Source: a virus
Virus record (IMG/VR): IMGVR_UViG_3300030202_003282
Span: 32,001-96,000 of that record
Strand: one strand, 5' to 3'
Length of the DNA stretch: 64,000 nt
In this document: positions 26,601 through 36,186 of the stretch, one piece after another
How positions within the stretch are numbered: the stretch's first letter is position 1
How the letters are laid out: each line of letters begins with the position of its first letter
Notes under the pieces: model-generated
Told to the model about the DNA's origin: nothing
What the model saw: only the letters and a program-made list of their open reading frames with translations
Databases searched by the model: none
Program-made: the position numbers and the translations under genes

Positions 26601-29521
26601 ATATATCTACATCAAGAGATACCCTTCTTGCATTGATGGATAAGGTTTTTAAAGCTAAACAACAAGAAGTATTAGATAAAATTTCTAATAGAGAATATAG
26701 AATAAGACAATCTGCTTCAACTTTAGCTAAATTATCTTCAGGAAATGATCAAAATGAATTCTATAATTATATGTTAGAATTTGATGAAGAAGGTGTTCCA
26801 ACAGGAATGGTTGTTCAGAAAATTGGAAAGCAATATTGGAATAAAAAGAAAACTTTTTATGATAAACTATCTGATGCTAGTGGTGTGCCATTACAATACA
26901 GACATATTGATAGTATAGAAGAAGCTAAAAAAACAAAACAAGGAAGAGAAGATATTGCATATAACATAGCATTACATAAAAGAAAAATGGAGTTTGCTGT
27001 TTTTATGAGAGCTGAATATACGCAAGATGGTACTTTAAGAGATGGTAGATATCACAGGTATAATGATGAATTTATTAAAGCACGTTTAATACATGAAACT
27101 TATGTACAAGTAGGAGATAATCATGGTCATTGGGAACAAAAGAAAGGTATGACTGATGCTGCATATCAAAAATATTTAGTTAAGTATTATGATCAAAAAG
27201 ATAATGTAACTAAATCTGAATACATTGGTGGTGAATTTACCGGTAAAGTATATGAAGTACCAACTAGATTTTATGTTAAAAAAGATTATGTAATTATAAA
27301 TGAAACTGCAAAAAATGATAAGGGTGGATTAGAGTCTATGGTTAGTGAAAAATGGGATAAAATAATGAATCCTACTGATGCACTAGGAGAAGCTCAAAAA
27401 GATTTTTATAACACTTACATGGAGATTTACAATGACATGTTGGAAAAATTACCTATGACAACTAGAGATAAGATGTTAGGTAAAATGCCTTTAATTAAAA
27501 ATACATTTTTTGAAAGCTTAAAAGATAAACCAAATGCAGTGGCTAACTTATGGACTAAAATGACCAGAGGTACTAAAGATTTCTTTACAAGTACTGCTCA
27601 TAGTAAAAGAGTTGTTTTAGATGAACAAGGTAATCTTACAGATCAATTGCCAATATTTTATGTTGGTTCTCCAAGAACAGAAGAACAATTGAAAAAAATT
27701 CTTGATGATATAGAAGCTTTAGAAATAAGATATAAAGAAGGAGGACCTAATGCAATAAGTTTTGAAGAGTATAAAAAACAGTTACAAGTTCTTAAAGGAG
27801 AAGAAGCTAAAATAAGACAAGTTCCTACAAGATCAGAAATAAGTAAAGATATGGCTGATAGTTTATTAAGATTTACTGCAATGGCTGAAAATTATGAAGT
27901 CATGGGACAAGCAGAAGATACTATAAATGCCATGTTAAAAATAATAGAAAAAAGAACTTATACAACATCTGAGAATGTTGTTACAGCATATATAAAAGGT
28001 AAAAAAGAACAAGTAGGAGAAGTTAAAGGTTCAGATTCAAATGTTTATAAAAGAGCTAAAAAATGGATGAACATGGTTTATTATAACAATGATTCAATGA
28101 GCAAATCTGTGGCAGATAAAATGGTATCTAAAGTAATAAGATATTCTTCTTTATCTTATGTTGCTTGGAATCCATTTGGTAATATAAACAACTATGTAAT
28201 AGCAAGATTAAATAATGGTATAGAAGTAGCAGGACAAAGATTTTTTTCTGCTAAATCATATGCAAGAGCAACGGCAGAATTTAATAAAAGAGTTATGCCA
28301 GACTTAGTAAGAAAAACAGCTTTTGCTGGTGGACAATTTGCATCAGGTCAATATGATCAATATGAGGCACAATCAAAATATGAAGCTTTTGTTGAATTAT
28401 TTAGAATGATGGATAATACTGCTGATATCCGTGAATCTGGTTATAATGGAAAAAAAGGTTTGTTTTCTAAATTTATGGATTTAGGTTATTTACTACAAGA
28501 TGGTGCAGAATATAATGTTCAAACTAAAGTAGGAATGGCCATGATTATGGATGTTCAAGTTAGAAAAAGTAAAGAGGGCAATGGAGGAGAAACATTGAGT
28601 TTATGGGATGCTATGGAATTTAACTCAGTTACTCATAAATTAACTTTAAAAGAAGGTTTTGATGAAGTAGCAGAAAGAAATAGTGCTGATCCTAAAAGTG
28701 GAGAAAGAAATTGGACAAAATATGATGATCAGTGGAGATATCAATATAGAAATAAAATACGTGAAGTAAACAAACAAATACACGGTAACTATGCTCATGA
28801 AGATAGAATGGTAATTCAATCACATTGGGGTGGTGAATTAATAGCTCAATTTCACAAGTGGGTTGTCCCTGCTATTAAGGCAAGATATAGAAAAGAATAT
28901 TTTGATGAAAATGTAGGTTACTTAGAAGGTAGATATAGAAGTTTATTTCAATTAACAAAATGGGCTTGGAAAAATAAAGCCAATATAAAAAATCTTAAAG
29001 AACAATTTAAACAAGATTTTGGTGAAGGAAATAGAGCTAAAATGAAAGTTTTAAATCTTTATAGAGCAGCTGGTGAAACAGCTATAATGTTTACTACACT
29101 TGCAGTAGCAAGTTTATTAAAAGGTTTATTTGAAGATGATGATGATGACTCACCAGGAATGAGAAGGCTTAAAAATGCTATGGTGTATCAAGCAGATAGA
29201 GCATATAAAGAATTAATACAATTTGCTTGGTTTACACCAGATGGAGTAAAACAAATATGGCAGATGGTAGGATCTCCTATAGCTTCTACAAGAACATTAG
29301 GAGAATTAACAGAAGCTTTTGTTGCAACTGCAGATTATGCATATTATGGATTAACTCAACCACCAGAAGAATTTTATAAAAATTCAGATATTTATTATCA
29401 AAGAAGGCCACGTAAAGGTCAGCTTAAATTAGCAAAGGAATGGAAAGATGTAGTTCCAATAATATATGGTATTCAAAGATGGGCTGATTTTGAAAATCAA
29501 AAAGATTTTTATATTAAATAA
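23636..29521 (+). CDS. Large virion/ejection protein with degenerate zincin-like motif and PD-(D/E)xK nuclease-like domain
   Basis: 1961 aa. EEVLHP (24383) is followed by a downstream KEIVTQAL. GTVDLMV...IIDLKTS...QVNLY (25379-25680) fits a PD-(D/E)xK pattern. It follows the vRNAP gene. Confidence 0.7.
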   Translation: MAKCINRSAPEYAPLLKKYKSVITVDSIINKWQDFNFGTDLFPTVAQAEEYLNNKKAVYSLKQREFDEALVANLRKLGLVQRRNVNGQLTIYVQNTPKEGAPYIFRAEKDQLLNNEQSKKVADENFNKVLKYLQVHGMPLDYFIPTYTKRTIRLDVNPSAVKPKDIIEIAKKATRKISPNTTAILEHLGQMFPQLNINVVNKEQARRYWESLPQAIRGLNKNKFDQVNSFYYRGNVILIEGRINSETAIEEVLHPFMDAVYAQNKSLFEGLLSEAKENFPELVVKIENAYKTSDDVFFDQTQIDKEIVTQALSRHFNREYENNPTESWTTMIKDLFDFFMTILKDLHKYISGKNLKGVRVESIVGFAKLSDIAKLLNTSNISFDLSLANKDKINKVQYSLSPGKMAIINAAIAQGNPLQQKIVAQLFHTPGNVPMDKDSAFTDEDGNYDFLTATGVQDGETIIVLNAKDHVYYNVKTGEAYTSATTVIKGTMPESVRKDKRIALELGNDFDAITDGIAAGLTLDQIKDNMTILDPEVIRDAYNQIFATVNNIEMEPTMVGKPERNIVLPQVILYDEKTKTAGTVDLMVITPTGQIRIIDLKTSKNSINKIDRFSKSPAYSTNSFPLGEDSKLLYETEDGQYLLDSKGNKIRKTELSGKRKGLPLRIEMTTKQQHDMQVNLYRRMAENMGLEIEHGRLGTMTYHIHVPWTTKDFNKDGKYTGTFRLEGFQVQQDQQNELYIDQLVPEDRNSWSAEKMQRTVEQDENSPLKDNYLNDNEALPEDITDANGLTEYNTIFTALQDFKQGLLDRKTALLQLRSAITLDKTRAEAVEMIDDKIAAIEVATLIGDGKKMAAEYTRLMTSSIKEMDKFIEYMNNPKNYNSQKYINYALNFDKFIATYSGLRNIKKSGDLNNTQMKLLLTLEDKLKEIGGYQKSGGEVVEGLVDKAISNYVRTYVKENSNREDLDDATLDSIMKLGEDIGMFEFGTYDISTSRDTLLALMDKVFKAKQQEVLDKISNREYRIRQSASTLAKLSSGNDQNEFYNYMLEFDEEGVPTGMVVQKIGKQYWNKKKTFYDKLSDASGVPLQYRHIDSIEEAKKTKQGREDIAYNIALHKRKMEFAVFMRAEYTQDGTLRDGRYHRYNDEFIKARLIHETYVQVGDNHGHWEQKKGMTDAAYQKYLVKYYDQKDNVTKSEYIGGEFTGKVYEVPTRFYVKKDYVIINETAKNDKGGLESMVSEKWDKIMNPTDALGEAQKDFYNTYMEIYNDMLEKLPMTTRDKMLGKMPLIKNTFFESLKDKPNAVANLWTKMTRGTKDFFTSTAHSKRVVLDEQGNLTDQLPIFYVGSPRTEEQLKKILDDIEALEIRYKEGGPNAISFEEYKKQLQVLKGEEAKIRQVPTRSEISKDMADSLLRFTAMAENYEVMGQAEDTINAMLKIIEKRTYTTSENVVTAYIKGKKEQVGEVKGSDSNVYKRAKKWMNMVYYNNDSMSKSVADKMVSKVIRYSSLSYVAWNPFGNINNYVIARLNNGIEVAGQRFFSAKSYARATAEFNKRVMPDLVRKTAFAGGQFASGQYDQYEAQSKYEAFVELFRMMDNTADIRESGYNGKKGLFSKFMDLGYLLQDGAEYNVQTKVGMAMIMDVQVRKSKEGNGGETLSLWDAMEFNSVTHKLTLKEGFDEVAERNSADPKSGERNWTKYDDQWRYQYRNKIREVNKQIHGNYAHEDRMVIQSHWGGELIAQFHKWVVPAIKARYRKEYFDENVGYLEGRYRSLFQLTKWAWKNKANIKNLKEQFKQDFGEGNRAKMKVLNLYRAAGETAIMFTTLAVASLLKGLFEDDDDDSPGMRRLKNAMVYQADRAYKELIQFAWFTPDGVKQIWQMVGSPIASTRTLGELTEAFVATADYAYYGLTQPPEEFYKNSDIYYQRRPRKGQLKLAKEWKDVVPIIYGIQRWADFENQKDFYIK

Positions 29522-29574
29522 TATTCTTATAAATTTTTTGCTAGCAATAAGATTTTTGTTAGATTATAAGAGTA

Positions 29575-29814
29575 ATGAATTGGACAAACATAATCAACAG
29601 AAAAAGAAAGCTAACTCCAACAGAAAGAATAGCTAGTAGAATAGGGTATTTAGGTGCTGGACTTTTAATAGCTGGACAATGGACGTTAGAACCAATTTTA
29701 TTTATAATTGGATTTATATTTGTTATTGTACAAGTTGTTGTACGTAAACAATGGAATTTGGTAGCACTAAATATAAATGGTTTATTAGCTTGGTTAAAGC
29801 ATTTGCTTTTATAA
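29575..29814 (+). CDS. Small membrane protein
   Basis: 79 aa with 2-3 hydrophobic segments, ATG start and an upstream promoter-like motif. Confidence 0.6.
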   Translation: MNWTNIINRKRKLTPTERIASRIGYLGAGLLIAGQWTLEPILFIIGFIFVIVQVVVRKQWNLVALNINGLLAWLKHLLL

Positions 29815-29847
29815 ATAAAGGGCAGTATCTCTACCACCCTCTATTTA
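29812..29847 (-). terminator. Hairpin/terminator downstream of nrdJ, between convergent genes
   Basis: The minus strand reads TAAATAGAGGGTGGTA-GAGA-TACTGCCCTTTATTTA, a 16-bp stem with three G-U pairs and a GNRA loop. Confidence 0.7.
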
Positions 29848-29916
29848 ACCTTTATATAAATATGAACGAAACTTATAAAGGTATTCCATAATATAATTTT
29901 TCAATCCAACACATAA

Positions 29917-31776
29917 CTATTGAATTTCACAAGCTCCACCAGCACAAGCCAGTTCACCTGTTAGATTTGTTTCATCTTTTTCTTCAATTACTTTAGAAAG
30001 ATCTATTTCTTGTAAATGTATTAACATTTTTTCATATTCTTTTTTAGTAATATCTTGAAAAGGTGCTTGTTTGTATGTACCTCCATTATAAGGTAGTACA
30101 GATAATCCATTATAATATTTACGATTATCCCACATCCATTCACCTGCAGCTTCCCACTCATGTTCTTTTAAGCTAATTGTTGCAGAAACATTGTGTGTAT
30201 TAGATCCAGTTCTATGACCTGGTTTAATCCACTCTTGTGCTATACGCTTAACTCTATCTAACAATTGAAATGGAGATTCAGTTCTCATTATAGCTCCAGA
30301 AGGAGCTTTTTGAGGAATACTGATTACAGCTGTAGTATGAGGACTAAAATACTCATCTTCAACTAGTTCAGGGATATTCTTAGAGAGATACTCATAAATA
30401 GCTTCATTTTTACCTACACGTAAAGTACGTATATAATAATCATTATGCCAAGCATGAATACCAGAAGAAGTACCTAAAGTAAGAGATGTAGTTCCAGCAG
30501 GTTTTACAGTTGTTGTTCTAGCTGACTTGTTAATATCAATTAACTTTGCAATTCTAGAGTTTTCTCTCTTTACAAGATCTGCAGCTTTAGTCATGTCATA
30601 ACCTAATACAGCTCCGGATCCAATTCCTGTCATTGATACACCAATAAGTGCATCTTTTTCAGTTGTTTCTCTCCAGATATCTCTTAAATAATGAAAGTCA
30701 GTGTAACCAGCTTGCAATGTTCCAATAAAAGCTGCAGCTTTAACTCTTTCATTAAGATCTTCTTGAGATGTAATATTAGATACATTAACTTCACAAAGAT
30801 TACAGAATTGATATGGACGCAATGCAATTTCACAACAAGGATTAGTTCCCCAATCTTTATCATTATTAAAGTAAATACCAGGTTCACCAGCACCACTCTT
30901 TTCTACACGCTCCCAAAGTTTCATAAAAAATTCTTTAGTAATTTTATGTCTCATCAGGACAGCAGAATTATTAGCACGGCCACGTTGTGGATTTAATTCC
31001 CACCAATCACCAGATTTAGATGCAATCATATCATTATCATCAGCAGAAAATAAACTAATAAGTGCAGCTCTACGTATACCACCTGCTAATACAGCATCAG
31101 CAATATGACAAACAATATCATGAACTTCTAATGTTGTTAATTGATCACCATCCTCTTTACTTTCTAAAATACCTGTTAATTTAACAATGCATTCTTTAAG
31201 TGGTTGAGGTCCAGGTGCTTTACCACCAGATGTTACAAGTCTTGCACCTTTAGCACGAATATCTGAATAATCAAATTCAATACGAGATCCTTTACCATTA
31301 AGATAAGACTTCATAAGTACTTTAATAGAATCAGCCCAACCTTCAATTGAATCACCAATTAAAAATCTTCTGCTTCTTTTTACATAAGGTTTATTTATAG
31401 GAGGTAATTTAGCTACATGATGTTTTTGTACAGAATAACCTACACCAGTTCCTCCCAATAATAAGAACATAATCTCACTAAATGAGTCAATATGATCTAA
31501 TGGTAAATATGCACAGTTATAAATTCTATTAGGAGATATTTCAATTGGTTTACCACCAAATTGCATACTTCTCATAGAAGGAAGAACTTTTTTATCATAT
31601 ACCATTTTATAAACTTCTTTAATTTCAGAAGAAAGTTTAGGATACTTTTTAATATGCATGTTTTTATTTCTAGTAACTAATTCATGCCAGGTTTCCCTGC
31701 GGTTTAGTTCTGGAACAAATCTTGCATATTTCATATAGACAGTGATTTCACTTAGAATTTGATTGCTTAATTCCAT
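29917..31776 (-). CDS. nrdJ: Class II (adenosylcobalamin-dependent) ribonucleotide reductase
   Basis: RIYNCAY, TNPCCEI catalytic motif, TVKPAGT and C-terminal ACAGGACEI cysteine pair; 619 aa with no beta-subunit gene nearby. Confidence 0.92.
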   Translation of the reverse strand: MELSNQILSEITVYMKYARFVPELNRRETWHELVTRNKNMHIKKYPKLSSEIKEVYKMVYDKKVLPSMRSMQFGGKPIEISPNRIYNCAYLPLDHIDSFSEIMFLLLGGTGVGYSVQKHHVAKLPPINKPYVKRSRRFLIGDSIEGWADSIKVLMKSYLNGKGSRIEFDYSDIRAKGARLVTSGGKAPGPQPLKECIVKLTGILESKEDGDQLTTLEVHDIVCHIADAVLAGGIRRAALISLFSADDNDMIASKSGDWWELNPQRGRANNSAVLMRHKITKEFFMKLWERVEKSGAGEPGIYFNNDKDWGTNPCCEIALRPYQFCNLCEVNVSNITSQEDLNERVKAAAFIGTLQAGYTDFHYLRDIWRETTEKDALIGVSMTGIGSGAVLGYDMTKAADLVKRENSRIAKLIDINKSARTTTVKPAGTTSLTLGTSSGIHAWHNDYYIRTLRVGKNEAIYEYLSKNIPELVEDEYFSPHTTAVISIPQKAPSGAIMRTESPFQLLDRVKRIAQEWIKPGHRTGSNTHNVSATISLKEHEWEAAGEWMWDNRKYYNGLSVLPYNGGTYKQAPFQDITKKEYEKMLIHLQEIDLSKVIEEKDETNLTGELACAGGACEIQ

Positions 31777-31879
31777 ATTGATTGTTTTAAAATGTTAATA
31801 ATTAATACATAATTGATTACTTCATCAATTATTTGGTTTTTGTTGTGATGTGTATTATAAGATATAAAAATTTAATTTA

Positions 31880-32086
31880 TTAAACAACACGTTCATATCT
31901 AAAAGTAATAAAAAAAATACCTAAATGTATTCCAGTACAACTTTTAAAATTTTCTTTATCATTGCTTACTTCACAATTTTTGATTTTTATTCCTATCAAT
32001 GCTTCAGAAGGTAAAAAATCAATATTAAAATTATTTTTTTTATTTAAACCCTTATAATTTTGGGCATTTGTATGTCTTTCTTCCAT
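31880..32086 (-). CDS. Small hypothetical protein
   Basis: 68-aa ATG ORF filling the gap upstream of nrdJ. Confidence 0.5.
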   Translation of the reverse strand: MEERHTNAQNYKGLNKKNNFNIDFLPSEALIGIKIKNCEVSNDKENFKSCTGIHLGIFFITFRYERVV

Positions 32087-32120
32087 ATATATTTAGTTTA
32101 AATTAAGGAAATTAGATAAT

Positions 32121-32141
32121 TTCTTTGTATATTATATTATA
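32121..32141 (+). promoter_or_regulatory. Putative phage late-type promoter motif (T-run + GTATATT)
   Basis: TTCTTTGTATATTATATTATA. Similar motifs lie upstream of other + strand genes near 32885, 29552 and 3648. Confidence 0.45.
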
Positions 32142-32183
32142 TGCATTAAATATTAATGCTAAGTAAAATGTTTATATTTTGTA

Positions 32184-32564
32184 ATGTTAAATAAATTAGG
32201 TCATATATTAAAATATTATGACTCAGAACCTACTGAGATTATGCAAGGTTTAATATGGTTTTTATTATTCCCTATTATTTACATATTAGAAGTAGGTTTA
32301 AACTTATGGATTCTTATCCCAAGTATTTTAATTGGTTATGGCACATTGAGAGCAGTGTGCTTTTTCTCTTTACGTAAAAGAAAAACTTTTGCTTATGCAT
32401 GTTTTATATTATCCTTAGTAGTCTGTGCGTTATTTTTATGTGATGGCTGTCTTTTAAAAGATGCAACACATCTGGGTTGGATATTTGTAGCTTTTAGTGC
32501 TTTAACAAGTTTAAAAAGAGTTACAGCAAGATATTATGCTAAAGAATCATGTGTAAAAAAATAA
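32184..32564 (+). CDS. Integral membrane protein (about 4 TM)
   Basis: 126 aa with four hydrophobic stretches. Confidence 0.65.
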   Translation: MLNKLGHILKYYDSEPTEIMQGLIWFLLFPIIYILEVGLNLWILIPSILIGYGTLRAVCFFSLRKRKTFAYACFILSLVVCALFLCDGCLLKDATHLGWIFVAFSALTSLKRVTARYYAKESCVKK

Positions 32565-32568
32565 TATA

Positions 32569-32883
32569 ATGGAAAATTTAGATAGTTTAACTACAGTACT
32601 TGTATCCCTGATGACAGTTTTATTTTCAGCGGGTGCTTGGAAATTTTATGAAAAAAGAATGGCACTAAAACATGAAGAGACTTCAGATGAAAAATCAGAA
32701 AAGAATATGTACAGAGATGATTTACGAGAAAGAGTAAGAAAACTAGAGTCTTTATTAGAAGAAAGTTCTAAAGAAAAAGATGAAATGAGAGAGCAAATTC
32801 TTTCTTTAACAAGTGAGGTATCAGCCCTTCAAGTTAAAGTTGATCACCTTGAAAAAGAGAATCAACGTTTGAAAAATATATAA
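32569..32883 (+). CDS. Membrane-anchored coiled-coil protein (possible holin/lysis accessory)
   Basis: An N-terminal TM segment is followed by a heptad-rich charged tail. Confidence 0.55.
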   Translation: MENLDSLTTVLVSLMTVLFSAGAWKFYEKRMALKHEETSDEKSEKNMYRDDLRERVRKLESLLEESSKEKDEMREQILSLTSEVSALQVKVDHLEKENQRLKNI

Positions 32884-32884
32884 A

Positions 32885-32906
32885 TTTTTTGTATATTGAT
32901 AATATA
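32885..32906 (+). promoter_or_regulatory. Putative phage late-type promoter motif
   Basis: TTTTTTGTATATTGATAATATA lies just upstream of the ATG at 32918. Confidence 0.45.
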
Positions 32907-32917
32907 AACTAATAATC

Positions 32918-33190
32918 ATGATTAAAACAATTTTAAACGGTATATGGACATTCAGTCTTAAAAAAGGTTGGAACTGGGTTTGGGATCAAACTACTATAGA
33001 CGAAAAAGCTATAGAGGTAGCAAAAGAAACTAAACGAAGAGTAAAAGCAGTTGGTGAAGAACTCAAAGATGTGGGTGAAGCAATTGCTGAAGTTGCCGAT
33101 CAAGCTGGTGATGTAGCAAAAGCAGCAGCTGGTAAAAAACGTCCAGGAAGAAAAAAAGGTTCAACTAATAAAAAGAAAAAAGATGCCTAA
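32918..33190 (+). CDS. Small protein with amphipathic helices and basic tail
   Basis: 90 aa with a Trp-rich N-terminus and a K/R-rich C-terminus (GKKRPGRKKG). Confidence 0.65.
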   Translation: MIKTILNGIWTFSLKKGWNWVWDQTTIDEKAIEVAKETKRRVKAVGEELKDVGEAIAEVADQAGDVAKAAAGKKRPGRKKGSTNKKKKDA

Positions 33191-33341
33191 TTTAAACGGA
33201 AAAAAATACTCTTATGATGCAGCTGGAATGGCTCAGTATAAGGAGGATCTTAAAGCTATGAAAATGGCAAGATCAGGAAAAGAAGTAAAAATGCCTAAGT
33301 ATAGAAAAGGTGGTTGTACACCAATGAAACTTAAAAAATAA
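33183..33341 (+). CDS. Small basic protein (52 aa; not in ORF track)
   Basis: Hand translation gives MPNLNGKKYSYDAAGMAQYKEDLKAMKMARSGKEVKMPKYRKGGCTPMKLKK. It overlaps the upstream stop and fills the gap. Confidence 0.7.
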   Translation: MPNLNGKKYSYDAAGMAQYKEDLKAMKMARSGKEVKMPKYRKGGCTPMKLKK

Positions 33342-33345
33342 CATT

Positions 33346-33492
33346 ATGGGCTGCGGCTGTAGTAATAAAAGAAGAACTGTTAAATCAACAAAAAAAATAA
33401 AAAATACTACTTTATTACAAAGTGGTAGAGTAACTTCTGTGTATGATCAAAAAAATGCACAAGGAAGAAAATCACATAAATACGGTACATAA
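33346..33492 (+). CDS. Small basic protein with N-terminal MGCGC (48 aa; not in ORF track)
   Basis: Hand translation gives [48 protein letters not shown]. It has a TAATG overlap with the next gene. Confidence 0.65.
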   Translation: MGCGCSNKRRTVKSTKKIKNTTLLQSGRVTSVYDQKNAQGRKSHKYGT

Positions 33493-35966
33493 TGGGCACA
33501 AAAAAAGTAGCAGGTAAAGCATTAGGCGTTGTAAGATTTAAAGATCTGCATGCTCAAGTAAAAAATATTGATACTAGTATTCAAGGCAATTTAGCTCTTG
33601 GTACTCCAGGTCCACAGGGTCCACAAGGCCCTACAGGTCCGCAAGGCTCTACCGGCCCAGCAGGTACAGCATCAATTGTTCCTGGACCTCAAGGGCCAAC
33701 AGGTTCTGCAGGTGCTACAGGAGCAATTGGCCCTCAAGGTCCTCAAGGAGATCCTGGTACAAATGGTACAAATGGATCTACAGGTGCAACTGGTTCTCAA
33801 GGCCCAGCAGGTCCAGCAGGTCCAATAGGTCCAATAGGCCCGGCAGGAACTAATGGTACAGATGGTACAGATGGAGTAACAGGTCCTATAGGCCCAACTG
33901 GATTGCAAGGTCCAACTGGTACAACGGGTGCAACTGGTGCAATAGGTCCACAAGGATCAACGGGTCCAACCGGCCCACAAGGAGCACAAGGTGGTGTTGG
34001 CCCTGGAATTACATTTAAAGGTAGTGTAGCTGATCAAGCAGCATTGAATGCTTTAAGTAGCCCATCTGTTGGAGATGCTTATATAAGACAAGATGATGAT
34101 TCTTTTCATGTTTATGATGGATCAGCATTTGTTAACGGTGGTTCAATACAAGGTGATGAAGGACCAATTGGTTCAACTGGTCCAACTGGACCTCAAGGTG
34201 CTACGGGAGCAGCAGGAAGTAATGGTTCTGATGGATCAACCGGTCCACAAGGTCCTTCTGGAGCAGCCGGTGCCATAGGACCACAGGGGCCAGCCGGACT
34301 TCAAGGACCTACAGGTTCTACTGGATCTAATGGTGCTACAGGTGCTACAGGTGCAGCATGTGAAATAGAAACTCAAAACTATAATGCAAGTACTGGTATT
34401 TTAACTTTAGAATTTTCTGATGCAACTGAAGTTATAACAGGAGATTTAAGAGGAGCAACAGGAAATGACGGTGTTTTAGGTGGGATGTTTGAATTAGACT
34501 ATGAATATTATGTAAGTAGTGGAAATGGTAATACAGGTGGAGGTGGACCTCCTGGCACTCCTCCAGGACCTCAAGCATCAAGTGGTGCTACAAAGTTTAG
34601 AACTGCAAATGCAAATGGAGACGCTTTTTCAAATATTACACAGATCTTGTTAAATGGGGCATTTGCTCATTTAGATTTATTAAATCTTATAAAAAGAAGT
34701 TTTAATGGTATAAATCAGTTTCATACAGATTGTGAGATTTTATTAAAAATGACAAAGAAGGATGATCCTTTAACATATAAATTATTTAAAGTTGAAGGTA
34801 TTTATCATGTATTTACTTTGGGTTTTACCGTATCAGAATTAGAATCTGAAATAAATTCAAATGATAGTGATCCAGCTAATTGGACAAATGATACTTTTGT
34901 ATTTACATTCCATGCTATACCAACTCCTACTAAAGTAATTGCAAGAGTATTAGATAGTGCTGCTACAATGACTTTACCTTCAGATACATTAGGTCAACAA
35001 CTAGCATCGGAAGTATTAGCAAGTCATGCATGGATATTAAGAAAAGGAAGTACATCAGGGACTATAATTGCTTCTAATGTTAATCCTGATGATGGATCTC
35101 CTTATGGATCTGTACTTTTTAATGATGATGATTGGGAACAATCAACGTCTTTTACTTTAACAGCTGCTGATTTTGCAAGTGGTTCACCAACTTTATATTT
35201 AACTACTGATAATCCAGGAATTGATGCAAATGAGGCATGGGTTTGTATAAGTAAAGGTGCAGCATTAAATGATGGTAATACTACTATTAATTCATTATCT
35301 GGTTATAGTTCTACTGCAGGAGCTGACGGTTCTGTAGCATGGGCACAAGGTCATGGTAATCTTCCATTAGGATCTGATAGTGTTGGAGCTGGTAAAGGAG
35401 CTATAACAAATGTAGCTATAAATATTCCTGTAGCTAATGCAGGATGGGGTCCTGGAACATATTATGTAAACTGTTATGATGAATATGAAGATGGTTGGGG
35501 TTCTACTGGATTAGGAATTACACAATCAGCTCAATTTCAACCAGGTACTACACCTGATTTTGAAATATTAAACTTAAATTCTGATGGTACAAATAGAACA
35601 CTAGGTACAGCATTTAATGCTTTAACTACAACATATAGAATATATTATAGATTTCAATTAGAAAATACTGAATCATCAGCAGTTACTGTAGCGTTTCAAC
35701 CAGTTGATGGTACAACAGGTATTACAGCAGTAACAGGTACTGAAGGTATTAATCATAGAATTGTATCACTTCCAGCATCAAGTACAACAATATTAGAAGG
35801 TTATTTAGATGTAGAAGGATTAACACTAGGTAATGGAGCAGCACCAGCTGATTCAAGAGTTAATATGCAAGCTAAGTGTACAACTTCTGAAAAAACAGTT
35901 AAATTAACTGCCGGATTTCCACATGAGTTATGGTGGGAACCATTACAAGTAGTATTAAATCCTTAA
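33492..35966 (+). CDS. Collagen-like (Gly-X-Y) fibre protein with beta-rich C-terminal domains
   Basis: Two long GXY runs are separated by a FKGSVA...GDAY...YDG insert; the C-terminal half is globular. Confidence 0.85.
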   Translation: MGTKKVAGKALGVVRFKDLHAQVKNIDTSIQGNLALGTPGPQGPQGPTGPQGSTGPAGTASIVPGPQGPTGSAGATGAIGPQGPQGDPGTNGTNGSTGATGSQGPAGPAGPIGPIGPAGTNGTDGTDGVTGPIGPTGLQGPTGTTGATGAIGPQGSTGPTGPQGAQGGVGPGITFKGSVADQAALNALSSPSVGDAYIRQDDDSFHVYDGSAFVNGGSIQGDEGPIGSTGPTGPQGATGAAGSNGSDGSTGPQGPSGAAGAIGPQGPAGLQGPTGSTGSNGATGATGAACEIETQNYNASTGILTLEFSDATEVITGDLRGATGNDGVLGGMFELDYEYYVSSGNGNTGGGGPPGTPPGPQASSGATKFRTANANGDAFSNITQILLNGAFAHLDLLNLIKRSFNGINQFHTDCEILLKMTKKDDPLTYKLFKVEGIYHVFTLGFTVSELESEINSNDSDPANWTNDTFVFTFHAIPTPTKVIARVLDSAATMTLPSDTLGQQLASEVLASHAWILRKGSTSGTIIASNVNPDDGSPYGSVLFNDDDWEQSTSFTLTAADFASGSPTLYLTTDNPGIDANEAWVCISKGAALNDGNTTINSLSGYSSTAGADGSVAWAQGHGNLPLGSDSVGAGKGAITNVAINIPVANAGWGPGTYYVNCYDEYEDGWGSTGLGITQSAQFQPGTTPDFEILNLNSDGTNRTLGTAFNALTTTYRIYYRFQLENTESSAVTVAFQPVDGTTGITAVTGTEGINHRIVSLPASSTTILEGYLDVEGLTLGNGAAPADSRVNMQAKCTTSEKTVKLTAGFPHELWWEPLQVVLNP
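33600..34356 (+). repeat. Collagen triplet repeat region (9-nt periodicity)
   Basis: GGN codons every 9 nt give GPQ/GPT/GAT/GST triplets and locally higher GC. Confidence 0.9.
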
Positions 35967-35974
35967 TTTTTATC

Positions 35975-36175
35975 ATGGCAAGTAAAAAAAAATGGATTAA
36001 AGGAGCTATAAAAAATCCTGGCTCATTAAATGCGGCAGCAAAACGTGCTGGTAAAAGTAAATCAGAGTTTTGTAAAACTGCAAAAGGTAAAAATAAAAAA
36101 CGTTGTACATTATGGAAAACTTTAAATAGAGTTAGACCATCTAAAAAAGCAGCGTATGGTTTTGAAATTCAATAA
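35975..36175 (+). CDS. Small basic protein (66 aa; start corrected to ATG 35975)
   Basis: MASKKKWIKGAIKNPGSL...KKAAYGFEIQ. The ATG follows the fibre gene stop. Confidence 0.7.
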   Translation: MASKKKWIKGAIKNPGSLNAAAKRAGKSKSEFCKTAKGKNKKRCTLWKTLNRVRPSKKAAYGFEIQ

Positions 36176-36186
36176 AAAAAGAAATT

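Noticed and set aside
33600-34356. Periodic GC-richer repeats as a CRISPR array or mobile element
   Set aside because: The periodicity is 9 nt and explained by collagen Gly-X-Y codons; there is no repeat-spacer structure.
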